Below the pieces are notes generated by a model. It was not told the DNA's origin. It did not search any database and worked only from the letters and a program-made list of their open reading frames with translations. Position numbers and translations under genes: made by a program. DNA of 64,000 nucleotides, taken from NCBI GenBank assembly GCA_051294905.1, contig CM119377.1:2728001-2792000 (forward strand), given 5' to 3'. Shown here piece by piece: positions 24,501 through 36,800 of this stretch. Position 1 is the first letter of the stretch. The number at the start of each line of letters is the position of its first letter. This DNA is from Botryllus schlosseri. Its lineage: Eukaryota.

Positions 24501-27500
24501 CCGAAAATCATATTTTCACTGGGTCAATTTTTTCAGGCTATTGTTTTTGTTGAAGTCGCCAACACCGAGTTTTGCTACAGTGCCTTGGATACGGATCGAT
24601 TCGAGTATCTCATACCCCAATAATTTCAAGGAACTTGTCCACAAATGCAACTTTTTAGTGCAACTTTGTGAAAAATAAATGTAACTTTTTGCAGCAACTT
24701 TTCTGAAATTCAAATGCATCTTTCCACGGATTTGATTGCAACAAAAACTAGCCCTAATAATAACGTAAGGTTGCGATTTTCAACTTATGTTTAATTCTAG
24801 TGGAAGTAGAAAATAGAAGGTCCAAAAGGTACCCAAGTAAGTATAGTTTCAAAATGTAGATGTCATCAATTGGGTGCATACTTTGAGCAGTTGATTGGAA
24901 GTGGCTAGTTTTAAAATTGCAAAATGCATCATTGCGACTAATGAAAAATGAAGAAGGAGACTAAAATAGGAGCAATATTCGAGAATATATCTCTTACTGT
25001 GATGTAGGGGTTATTTCAAACGCACGATGCGACTATTTCACTCATTATTATTATTATTATTAATGATGAGTTTTAAGTGGCGCGTGTCGCCGTTTCCGGC
25101 CTTGTGCACCACGGACAAAATATGTTATCAAGGATCGAGTTTTGGTGCTCTGGGACATAGGCTTATAATAAATTTCAAACTATATAAACTTTCAAACTAT
25201 ATATACAAGTTACATGCAATAATAAACTCGGCGACCGGCGTAAATAATTGCGGCATAGTAAGTAAATTGGTTAAAGTAAGCGGTACATTGAGCGTGGTAC
25301 ATGCGTCGGCAAGAAATGTTCGGTGAAAGTCGTATTTTTCGCAATGCAAGAGTATGCCTATTTCACTCATAAAATGAACGCAAACTCCTTGGAACTACTT
25401 ACTGCTAGCGGTATTGCCCGAAAATTGTTAAGTACAAGTTAAAGTATACCCCAATACACAACCACATTAGTAAGTTGCGTAAAGTAGACGAAACCTACTT
25501 GGGTATCCCGAGAATGTAAAAAATACTTAGTTACAGAACACCTCTGGTTTCCAGCTACACAACACGACTACCTTCGTATTCCGGCCTTCTGATGGACGCG
25601 TATCTCTTGAAGGGGACCGTCCGCGCGGTGCTTACTCGCAACTATTTCAATTTCGTGGAGCAGCTTTCAAAAAATCCCCACGACCAGGTATCTATAAGTA
25701 TCTATACATAATCGTGGATTCGTATTGAGAGAAACCGGTGTTGCGCTAGTTGTCAGGAACTACATTCAGATTTGAAAATGAGGTAGTATATAAAATATCG
25801 TATCACCAGTTTAGCAAAAGGCTAAAGAACCCTTGCTCGAAACGTTCAAATAGCAGAAAAGCATGATGTGAACAACACAATGTTTTCGTTTACCAGGAGT
25901 TCAGCGCCCGTAATTACTCAGGTGTGTAGCCTACTTTATACTGGTCTGCCGCACTGAGTTGCAGTCGAAAAAGGTTGGTGGCAATGAAGCGACAGAAACG
26001 ACATTTTGTAGTAGTAATAACATGCAATAGCTATAATCAGAAATGTCCAAGAGGGCGGGAGATCAAGTGACGACTTGATTGACGGGCCAATAAATATTGG
26101 CTGGAGCGTGTCGATTCCGGTGTTACCACGAAGGCAGATATCGGCGCCGTTATATCTAGACTATCGTAATTAGGGAATCGGATGTTTGGTTATGCCCTTA
26201 AAGTAAACTCACACTGAACGCTGCTGCCAGCGACCAGCATGCAAACCGCATGAATTCACCGCTTTACCGATCAAATGATCGGAAACTTGACAGTCTTCAA
26301 ACAATATACCAAATCACTAAAACTAGACGGTTGCTAATATAAATTACGTCTAGCAATTCGTAAGAGCGGCTATCAATATCCGTGTTAGGTGAAGTGCAGG
26401 TATATTCAGTACCCTAAAAGAGGACGTTTTTTGGCGGCAAGTCAAACGAAAGTAAAATTCTTACGTTTGAGCATTTCCTTTGTAGTCGCAGGCAAAAGTT
26501 ACAAAACAAAGCAAAACAAAAGCTATAAACAGACACAAAACAACAACTCAAATTGGTTTTTCAAATTCAGCCCAAAATACTTTGCGGATCCGTTTCGTTG
26601 ACCAATAACAGATGATCCTTTTTAATGAGTTCGTGAAATTGTTTACACGAAATATCATTGAAATTATATACAACTTCCCAAATGGTTGAAACTGGTCCAG
26701 CCCATAAGTATGTTAGGCTCGAACCAGCGCCAGAATATATGCGACAGATGCTCGTATGCAAAAAGGGCCACTTTTTACAGAGAACTGATACCGACATTGA
26801 TACCAACGCAAAAACAATCAATAACAATCAAGACGGTATAAGGCTGACAGGGTGATTTGTTGGAAAACGCGATTTTTAAATCAGCAATTCAGAGTGTTTT
26901 ATGGCTGCAGTAATTTTGTAAATAAATAGAACGCCTTGCCTAAAAGTCTCGTTGAAAGTATAATAAGAAAGTAACTCAAAATCTGAAAGAAATAGGACAT
27001 CTGGGCATTTTAGGGCACTCGGAAGGTCATTCACTTTTCTTGAGGAAAAGATAACGAAGCCTCCTAAAAGATGACATATGGAAGAGATGGGGCTATATAC
27101 TGGTATAATAGCCTACATACGTGTGTCACCGTTACGTTACGACAAGGATTATTCGTCGTGCTAGAATTTTGTGTTCATATATTGTCTTTTCCCCCGATGA
27201 TCTTACTTGAAGCAGGGGCAGCTGTGATTTTAAAAATTACAGCCTGATCGCAATCTTCATATTTATTTTACACTCTTGGGCTCAAGTTCACGGAACCAAA
27301 ATAAATGTCACCGTCAATAATCGCGATTACATTATTATCCATGTAGTCGTAATGGTAATCGAATAATGTGAGATTAAGCTGTAATTCTAATCGTGTGTTT
27401 CGGAAGTAATCTTAATCGTAATCGATTAAATTGATGCACTAATCGTCGCATGTCCGGATTGTAAGCTACTAAATACATATCTCGAATATCCAAAAAGAAG

Positions 27501-29637
27501 AGAGATAATGGACGCATAGAGTTGGGATCGGAAATGTCGTTAAGAATATAGATTTGTTAACTTTTCCTATATTATTTGGCCATATCATTCTCAGATCCAC
27601 AACTGTTTTTGCTGGAGCAACGAAACCGTACTCGGCCAGTATCGTTGTCACTACAGCATCCTATCGCCCAAGTACGCTTCGTACGATCCGGCCTTTATGC
27701 TTCACCACAGCGCTGTCGACAGGCTGTTCGTGATGAGGCGAACTTTGGAGGAAGAAGCGGGAATATCGGACTGGACGTCGAGCAGTGTTGCTGGAAATTG
27801 CGCAAAGGTAAATTCAGAATGCACACCACCGCCCAATTGAGTATGCTACTGCCGCATGTAAACATATTTACGTGGCCAATTAGTTTTAGCCACTAAGCGT
27901 AGGCGGGACAGGAATTTGAGTTTGCAAGAAATCAGCCATATACGCGGCATTACAAAAAAGGCTAAACTACTTTTTTTTTTAAACTTTGGATTCTGTGAAT
28001 AGGAAATAGTCTCGGAATATGTTTGCATCACTGCTATATGGATGAACTTTCATGATAACTGGCCGAAATAGGCTAGAATTACAGTAATTGGATATTCCAC
28101 CTCTAATTAACTGTCAAAACTACACGACTCGTCGAGCAAGTTTACATTTTCAAACCACTTACTTGGGTACTTTCGAGACCTTGATTTTCTACTTCCGTTT
28201 GAAGTAGTGTTGACATGTCTTGGGAATCGCTACTTGTTCTTCCAATTGAGTAGAAAAGGACTACTTCTACTTGACCAAATATAAAACATGACAAGTACGT
28301 ACTGTTTCGAGAACCGCAGAAGTGGAAGTCGTCTAAAAGCGATCGCTTCGAATGAGTATAGTGCGAGTAGAAAACTATTCTCGATTACCAATAAAAGAAA
28401 AAGTATTTCGTTACGTAACACCTCTGCGACATATATTGGACCATGACCTCACGCGTTTTAAAGTATAGTCTCCCAAGTCCCCGTCAGTACCAAATACTGG
28501 TTGGAGATGCGATGTGGGCAGTAGGGATGGTGTGAACCTCTGAAAGGTTCAGGTTTGTGTGAACGCGAACCTTTTTGAAAGGTTCTGTGTGGACGCGAAC
28601 GTGAACCTCATGACGTCTCGTGACGTCATATTGACACGTAATATTTATGACCGCGATATAATTCAGATTTAGGTTCTGTTTCCGTGTAACACTCTTTGGT
28701 TGTGAAAATGCACACTTGTTTCGCTGAGAGTGTAGGTTCTATACAGCCGTTTCACGAAGTTTTACGATATCATCTAACCGACTAGCATTACTGGTTATTG
28801 TCAATGACGTTTTGTATCAGGATTGGCTGAGAATATATGACTTTGTGACAGCTAAGATCAGTAATTTTTTAAAAATCTTATCACGGGATAGAAGATGCCC
28901 AAATAAGTCTTTGAGTTGATAAATTGATATCTGCGGCGGATATTATCTAAAGCAGAGTTTTTTCAACTTTTTTGATTGGGGAACCCTCCAAGTTTTGTGG
29001 GCGATGGAAAAAATTCACCAGACCAATATCAACTCTATTCCATGCCTAAAATAAGCTCATAATAACTAGACAAGGTAGTCACAATCCTACGCATGGCGTC
29101 ATTGCCAAAAAGACAATCAATCTAGTTTAGTAGTTTCTTGATAATGTAATTGACCATTGCCCTTCACGAACCTCCTAAAACTAGTTCACGGACCGCTAAA
29201 GGGACCCCAGTTTAAGAACCTCTGATCTATAGCATTCTATATATGCGAAACAGGGAATGGAGAAGTTGGGTATGGGTGTGACAAGCGACATTTCAAGATC
29301 CTTCCGGTGGCCCATGTCTCCCTTCTGCAACAAAACCATGAACCCGAACCCGCTCACGAACGGATACGAACGCTCCACGACGCACAAGTCGTACTACGAG
29401 TCTCAGCTGTTCGGTTACAAATACAGCAACTTCAATATCGGCGGAAAGTATTCTTGGGAAGATTTGAAAGCTGATTATAAGAAACTGGTAGTTGATTCCA
29501 AATTTTGGAACGACGAATACTTTGAGACTAAGATTGGCCTGCTGTATGCGGAGAATTCGAAAGACTTGGAATTAACGTGGGGTTGCGCTATTGATTATTA
29601 TAATCCTCCGTTTAATATGTCGATATCATGGAACTAA
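18558..29637 (+). CDS. Secreted Cys-rich module + TSP1 + type-3 copper (tyrosinase/hemocyanin-FU-like) protein, copy 1, about 511 aa
   Basis: Exons 18558-18666 (signal peptide; least certain), 20219-20335 (Cys-rich), 20412-20570 (TSP1), 20968-21074, 21701-21836 (CuA: WHGWPGRCP...HCSWHRHPLFLPWHR), 23702-23879 (GIPFWDW), 25555-25687 (...PHDQ), 27595-27807 (IH...YDPAFMLHH), 29254-29637. Total 1536 nt, all GT-AG, no internal stop. Confidence 0.85.
19061..19341 (+). mobile_element. Family L interspersed repeat, probable non-autonomous Helitron
   Basis: 3' hairpin CCCGTAAACTTGCGGG (19318-19333) followed by CTAG|T; homologs at 52297-52560, 57393-57642, split copy 39453-40230, partial copies near 31190-31370 and 50810-50910. 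Confidence 0.55.
19743..20089. mobile_element. hAT-type MITE family J
   Basis: TIR TAGGGCCCGA...TCGGGCTCTA; TSD ATCAGCAA/ATCAGCAC. Confidence 0.75.
22320..23512 (+). mobile_element. hAT-Charlie-like non-autonomous element F (1.2 kb)
   Basis: Ends CAGAGGTCTCAAACACGCGGCCCGC...GAGTTTGAGACCTCTG; perfect 8-bp TSD CTTTAAGG; full-length homolog at 59674-60889. Confidence 0.88.
24207..24756. mobile_element. MITE family E
   Basis: Reverse-orientation homolog of 34317-34860; ends ...AAACTAGCCCTA. Confidence 0.75.
28522..28700. mobile_element. Terminus of the TAGGGATGGTGTGAAC element family
   Basis: Same terminus and subterminal repeats as 640-776; right boundary approximate. Confidence 0.45.
28953..29224. 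mobile_element. Charlie-like MITE
   Basis: CAGAGTTTTTTCAAC...TTAAGAACCTCTG; TSD ATCTAAAG/ATCTATAG. Confidence 0.7.
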
Positions 29638-29799
29638 CACTGCCTAATAGCCGCAAAATACTAGAATCTTCCACCCGCAGATCTTTCTGTGACGCAGTTC
29701 CATTTCCGCAATATCTACTGATGTGCAATTGACTGTTTTTTGTCTTTATTGAACAATTTTGGCGCTTATCGCCGATATGGTCATTTGCACCCGATCATG

Positions 29800-29940
29800 A
29801 ATATTGTAATATTCAAATGTGCGGTCAGCGATGAGAAGCCCAGATAAACCTCCGACGCATGGAGTTAGGTCCGAAGCAGGATTCGAACCACTGACGTTGG
29901 TGTAGTGACGCTGGTGCTTAACCAACTGCGCCGTTCGCCC
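29800..29940 (-). mobile_element. tRNA-derived SINE head
   Basis: Minus strand has A box GGCGCAGTTGG and B box GGTTCGAATCC, but the acceptor and anticodon stems do not pair; left boundary approximate. Confidence 0.65.
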
Positions 29941-30837
29941 GCAATTGATTGTTATATCGTCACAAAGTTTTGTAAATTGCGCCAATGAGCAGGGCTGGGC
30001 GAAATAGAGTACCAGAGCGATTCGTTTCTGAACGGATATTGGGCTTGGAGCCGAGGCGAGTATCACTCATTATAACGCCATAACAGCATGATGCGGAAAG
30101 TTCATATACGCACCTTTCATACTACCGCAAACAAGATAATGTCAGAGTTCTGCTTTGAATTAAATTTTGCATATTTTTCGACCTATCTAGGTTTCAAGGC
30201 TTCCATGGTGGAATGTCGAAACTATCATTTTAATTGATATATTCACTATTAGTGGCAAGGAGCGTATAATTTGTGTATACACGAAAAATCATCATTTATC
30301 AGACAACACCATTTCCATTTTATTCGGGGCTACATCGACAATACATAAGCATTGCAAGTGCAAATTCGATTTAGATACATATAAATATTCATATAATATT
30401 TGAAGTGTTGAATTATCAATATATCTGCTCTGTGAATATAGCTTGATGCACTTTTTAATGTCAATTTCATTCATCAGCACTTCGTATGCCTTGTGCTGGA
30501 TGTAACATTCGCCCACCGCGGCGGTAATTGTCGGCGTTGTATTCATCGAACAGCCGGTATAACTCCTTTCCCTTGTTTGTCTTCCGTTGTCAGGCAGGTC
30601 TGGGAAAACGCGGAAATGCTGTCAGACAACGATTAGTAGTAATCTGTCAGACAATCGCGGATTCCACAAAAAATACAGACTGATGTATCAGTACGCGTGT
30701 GAGACTTCATCAGTCTGTCTTGGATATCCGGTTATTTGCCAAATTGAAATTGTATCTAAACACTCGCTTATAATCGAGTCAGCGCCTAGCCACAAACCGC
30801 GGTTACCACCCACAGTATATTATTGACGCACAGAAAA

Positions 30838-33800
30838 ATGAAAGTTATATCACCAGTAGTAGTCTGTGTCGCGGTGGCAAGTCTGGTAACACCAATCAGG
30901 GCAGAGGCAGTAAAAGGCGAGATTCACGATAGAGTAAGATCATTTTTTAATCGAGTCTTCGATGATGACTTATCGCCTGGATACAACGTTGTTTTTCGCT
31001 ACAAAGGTGGGTCTTAGAACTGTACAGAATAGCCGCTGTATGTATGTGTATTGTGTACAACTGTACATTGTACAATCCTTAGGCTTAGATGATAGATATA
31101 GGCCTACGTTCGGTTCGGAGCAATGGCGAGATAGCGTTGTGGTATAATCCACAGCTGCAACACCAATGGGTTGCGGGTTCGACATAAATGCTGTCTCATT
31201 GTGTCATTTGCTCCTTTTGTTATCTTATATTTCTGTGTCTCTATACACACCCTGGGCCCATGAGAGTCTGATTTCAAAGACTACTCCTCGTTTCGACACA
31301 TTCGTACTATCTTTTCATTGTATCGCAATCTCGTGGTGCATTAATCTGAAAAAATTGTTAATATTAAACTAAACCGAACTATCTGTGATAATGTTGCGCA
31401 TGAATTTTAGTAGTGACACTACCGTAGGCCTACTAGTTGAACTAAGATATTCAGCGATGCTAATTTCAAAGGGCTACGCTACAGTAGGCCTACTGCACAC
31501 TTGTACATTTCCAGGCCAGGCGCTTTTTAATTTATATAAATCTTTGAGAAAAGATTTGCTCATCTTATAAACGTTTGGAGGTCGATTACAGACGGGGAGA
31601 GGTTCATTACTGTTACGAGCCGATATGACTATTGAAACTCCTCGTATAGACATGCAATGAAAACGTCAAATCTGCATTGTATCCCTGTTCATTCTCTCAT
31701 ATAGCTGTTACTCAATTTCCTGAGATTTCAACCCGTAATATGATACTTCTATCGGTATATAAATTACGAGTGTGCGTTATGGGTTAGCATATCAGTGTCG
31801 AGGATACAGTAGGCTACTATTGGCTGTGCACTGTGCAGTGCATGTGCAATGATGATCTCTCACTCTAATACTCGGTTAAAGTTTGACTGCATCCTGACCT
31901 TATGTGATTTAGTTGCGCTCATCCACTTCGAGTGATTGCATTATTATCATACGATTACGTGTACCAAAACATAATTCCGCATAGAGCATGTGTGAGTGTG
32001 TTACATGTGCGTTTGATTCGTTACATGCTTCCAAAGCCCGAAAAACGGCCGAAAAATCATCAACAACACTCATGCGACTATCACGCGACTATACTCATGC
32101 TGTATTCTTTGATATAGAATGCGAGATAACATAGGGATAAACAGCGGCTAAAATATTGCAATCGTCTTAAGGTTCGACTGTTTGCGCTTGGAAATGTGAA
32201 CAGGGAACTATATATTACCCGGACAGCTCATGCAAATGCGTGTGTAGGAAGAACTATGCGCTGCAGTTTAACACTCGATGCCAACGAGGTACGTGTTTAC
32301 ATGGCATTACCATTAGGGTTGCATTTAAAACAAAAATCAATTTAAAACAAACATGTTCAAAACATGGCCCTTGTTCAAAACATGTTTATTATTGTTTTTT
32401 ATTTGTTTTTTAGCAATGACGTCACAATGTATTGGCATTGACAATCGAAAATATAGGGTAAATATGACTCCTTTGACGGCAAAGGCTTCCGACCACTGTC
32501 ATGAACAGACCAAAAATATCTTTAACCAGGACTACATCGTTATGCAGCATTTTTACGGTTGGCGGTCTTCATCATCAGAACACCCATTCCGTAGCCTACC
32601 AATGATCTATATCTGCATGCTATAACTGTTGAACCGACGACGATTTCGAGGGTTCCAGCCACCCCACATCGTATACGTCGACTAATTTGAGTGCAAACGT
32701 CCGTAGGCTCATGCTACATGTTTTAGCGCGAGTATTTACACAATTATGGCATAATTAGACAACGTTTGAAAAAAAATGTTTTAAAAAAAGGCATTTGTTG
32801 TTTATAACATATTTTAAACAAATTGTTTTCAAACAAAGTTTGTTTTAAATGCAACCCTAATTACAATACTGATATATAATGTAAATATTAATCAGTAATA
32901 ACTCTATTCAACTTTGTTCGGGCTCCATAACTACGTAACTTCTTCTTTCATTTACTTGTGTCGAGCGTGAATGTCAGATTAGCATGCATACAGGCCTCTG
33001 GATTTCTTTGCGCAGGTCATCGCGTAGAAAAGAGGACATTTGCCGATATAATATAATTTAAAAACGACAATCATCAGTCACACTCCCGGTGCATTTAGGC
33101 AATACTATACTTTCCCCGGAAGTTGACCTGATGGCTTGCGCATCCGTCTGATTCCAATCGATGCTTTCAGGGGTTCTCTATATACTGGTATACAGATTGC
33201 GATTCCCTATAAGCCTATATGCTCATGCGAACTTACTGAACTCCATATAGTCACTCTACACAATAGCCTACTCCATGCACACAATTATGCATGCATACGG
33301 ATTTCGAAAGAATACACATACGCAATGAACCTCAGACTTAGGCCTACATTCGATTCATTCATTCATTCATACATACATACATACACAGTACACACGTATA
33401 ATAGAAACATATTTCAATTTTCATACGATCGCAGCGAAGATTATATCGGAGTAGAATTCTTTATATATATCTGCATGACTGCATCACTATAGCTTAATTT
33501 AATTTGTTAAATATGTCTAAATTGATGATAATATACAATATTATTGGCATACGTAATGCTTAATAAATGGATCTTTGGCATATTTCTTCTATTGATCAAA
33601 GTCGTTGGCCCATACATACAGGGATATCCCTGAGTTATATATATCCCTTGAGAACGTATATTTTGGTGTATTATATATTTTGATACAATTGTTTCGTTGA
33701 CAAGTGTACAAGATTTTTTAGTCAAATTTACCGGCCCAAAATTTCTTCCATACCGCGTTGGGACTATTATATCGAGTTAAATGTGTTCACAATTTAGCCT

Positions 33801-36800
33801 ATTGGTCAAGTTGGAGTTCTTGGACAAAATGCTTGAGATCTAGTTGGGGCGGACTGCAACGCAGAGAGCGGGTGTGTAAAGCCGGCGGACAAAGCTCTCC
33901 CGGTTCATGCAATGGTAGGGGTAGCATGGCCAGAACGTGTACTCGTGTCACCAAAGGTAAGGGTACTGTGCACTATATAGTATACGCAGAGTACTTTCCA
34001 TTCTAGTGGGTACTCAATTACGATCTGTGAAATCAATCAGAACTATCATTTATTGCTAGAGGTGGCCACAACAGTCTGCGTTCGTATGCTCGAGTAATTA
34101 TAAGTATCCTCATATATTTTTACTCCATTACAAGTAAGTAGCGATGTCCAAGACATGTCAAAATTACTTCAAGTAAAAGTATAAAATTGAGGTCTGAAAA
34201 TACTCAATAGTTTGAAAATGTCGATTTGTCGTGGGTGTCGAATAATTTTAGCATTTAATCGACGGCGGCTAGTACCACCGAAAGTGCTACGTGCATCTAC
34301 GCCGGAAAATGACTACTAGGGCAAGTTTTTGTTGCAGTCAAATCCGTGGAAGGATGCACTTATTTTTCATAAAAGTTGCAGTAAAAAGTTGCATTTATGG
34401 ACAAGCTCCTTGAAATTATTAAGGTATAAGATACTAGAATCGATCAGTATCCAAGGCACTGTAGCAAAACGCAGTGTTGGCGACTTCAACAAAATCAATA
34501 GCCTGAAAAAATTGACCCGGTGAAAATGTAATTTTCGACTGTGTAGCCTGAATGTACGTCAAATCAGAGAGGACCTCAAATATCTCGACAGCGAAATAAT
34601 CAAGCGATCTATTTCCATATAGTGCCAAATATTTCCAGTAAAGTTAGTTGCATGAAAAATCGAAACGAATTTGCAAAAAGTTGCATGAAAATCATAAAAT
34701 GTAGCAAAAAGATTCATGAAATATCGAAAAACTTGCAAAAAGTTGTAATATAAGATTCCTCCAGACAGTTTAAAACACCATACTACATAACTTCTGAGTA
34801 TTATGGAAGCTGCCGGAACTTGTAAAAATAAAGTTGCAAAAGTTGCAAAAACATGCCCTACTAATGACACTATATTGTACACAAATGGGTGCGATTTTCG
34901 AAAATATATTCAGTTACTGTGACACTGATATTTTACCCAATTGTGATGGTAATTTGAGTCATAAAAGTGATGATTACCCCAGAACTACTTTTTACTTACA
35001 ATTTTAAAGGTGTAAAAAGTATTTTGACTTGAAAATGTGATGTGAAGGTAATCTAAAACATAACCATGTGAGTCAGTACTCCAAGTAAAGAGAACTTACA
35101 TGATTACTTCGAAAATGTAGAAACAATTCGTAACTGACTACGAGTCTGCTTATTGGTATACTTACTTCAGCGCTTTTGAGAGTAGCGGCATTTTAATCTG
35201 CTGGGGAAGTGTCCAGTTCTCGGTCGGGGCCTATATGATAATTAAAGTTGGACCCGCCTGAGTGTATAAAAATGTGTGAAACTGTCTTTGCTAAGCGTAT
35301 CGAACTAGTCGTTGACGCGAACACTATAACGAAATCACGCTGAATCCATGCGAAAGTTTATTACGCCTAGCCGTTTTCTTTCAGAATATAAAGTTCGTAA
35401 AAACTTGAGAGATCTGTCCGACGAAGAGTTCCATGATGTACTACAGGCGATGACGAGGTTTAAAGAGGACACCTCGAAAAAAGGATACCGGGTACTATAT
35501 ATACACATGGAGTAAATATATCAAAGCGTCTACTATACTAATATCCCAAAGCAACAATGCACATGTTACACCAGCTTCCACAACAAATCCACCATTTCAA
35601 AAGCATGAAGTTGTCCTAGACTAATCGTTCTTAGGCGCTACTAAACCGGTGAACCCTTCCACTAATCTGTAAGACTTCGGCGAACCGTCTATTTTCGCCC
35701 CACAAAAAGAACAACTGCCGCATTACACATCTAATACATAACTGTGTCTTGCACTGCAGCAACCCCCTGGGAGGGGCCCAGCGAACCCATGGGATTTGTG
35801 TAAGCCCCGGTTAAAAACCACTGACATCACCCTATTTTGAATGAGTCAGGCTACTAATAATCGTTATCTTAATCTATTGTTACTTGTGATGCAAACGACA
35901 AGATGGTTATCTACGGCAATTACAGAACATCATATCATGGCACGGTTATCCCGGAAGATGCCCGTGGTATCACAACATAAAAGAACACAAGGACAACCAT
36001 TGCAGTTGGCATCACCACCCGATGTTTCAACCCTGGCACAGAATGATAACGGTTCAATTAGAGCTCGGTAAGTTTCCGCCACTTTGCGAAGAGATTTAAT
36101 AACGATATAATAATAAAAATGATGAATGTCCCTAAATACCCCCCCCCAAAAAAAAGTAATTAAAATAACAATAAAAGGATTAGAAGCTTGTAACCATGTG
36201 AGCATATATTAGGTAACGTGAAGTATTTCAAGTATGAGAGTTTGGTGTAGAATAGGTTTACCTATCGGGCTATTGATATACAGTCGGCTTTGCTTAATTC
36301 GGACATCGGATAGCCCGAAAAACCGCTCTGTTCAGTCAATAATGCTCAGGAACGGTACAAACAAATATTGAATTTACAAACTGCGGCTATTTCGGACAAT
36401 TCTAGGCTTTGTTAAGACGCAGGCTCGCAATTCCAATTAGATTAGAATTACGGCAAAAAAACATTTCACAAATTAGATTAGAATTATATTACCGGACTTC
36501 CGTTCAAGCTCAGGGGTTTTAAACCAGTGTGACATTGCCCACTGGTGAACCACATGAGATGGACCACTGAGCTATTTTGGGAATTGGATTTAGTGAAAGT
36601 TCATTTAAATTTGTCATATTATTCCCGCAAAAGACAGATTCAGATTGTCGAATTATAACGCACATCAAGATTTTCAGCCGACTCTGAACATGAGATTTAA
36701 TGTCACGTTTGGCGCCACAACGTAAAAAGTCGGAATGGAAGGGGGGAAGGCGTCTTTTGCCCCTGGGTACGCCTCTGATGACAACCCAAGGCTTACAGTA

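Noticed and set aside
26590-26860. Possible piggyBac-like transposase remnant (DPFNEFVKLFTRNIIEII) or extra exon
   Set aside because: Short, stop-interrupted, similarity too weak to support by eye.
29870-29940. tRNA genes here and at 43792, 48801 and 49574
   Set aside because: A/B boxes are present, but the cloverleaf stems do not pair or the heads continue into shared SINE bodies.
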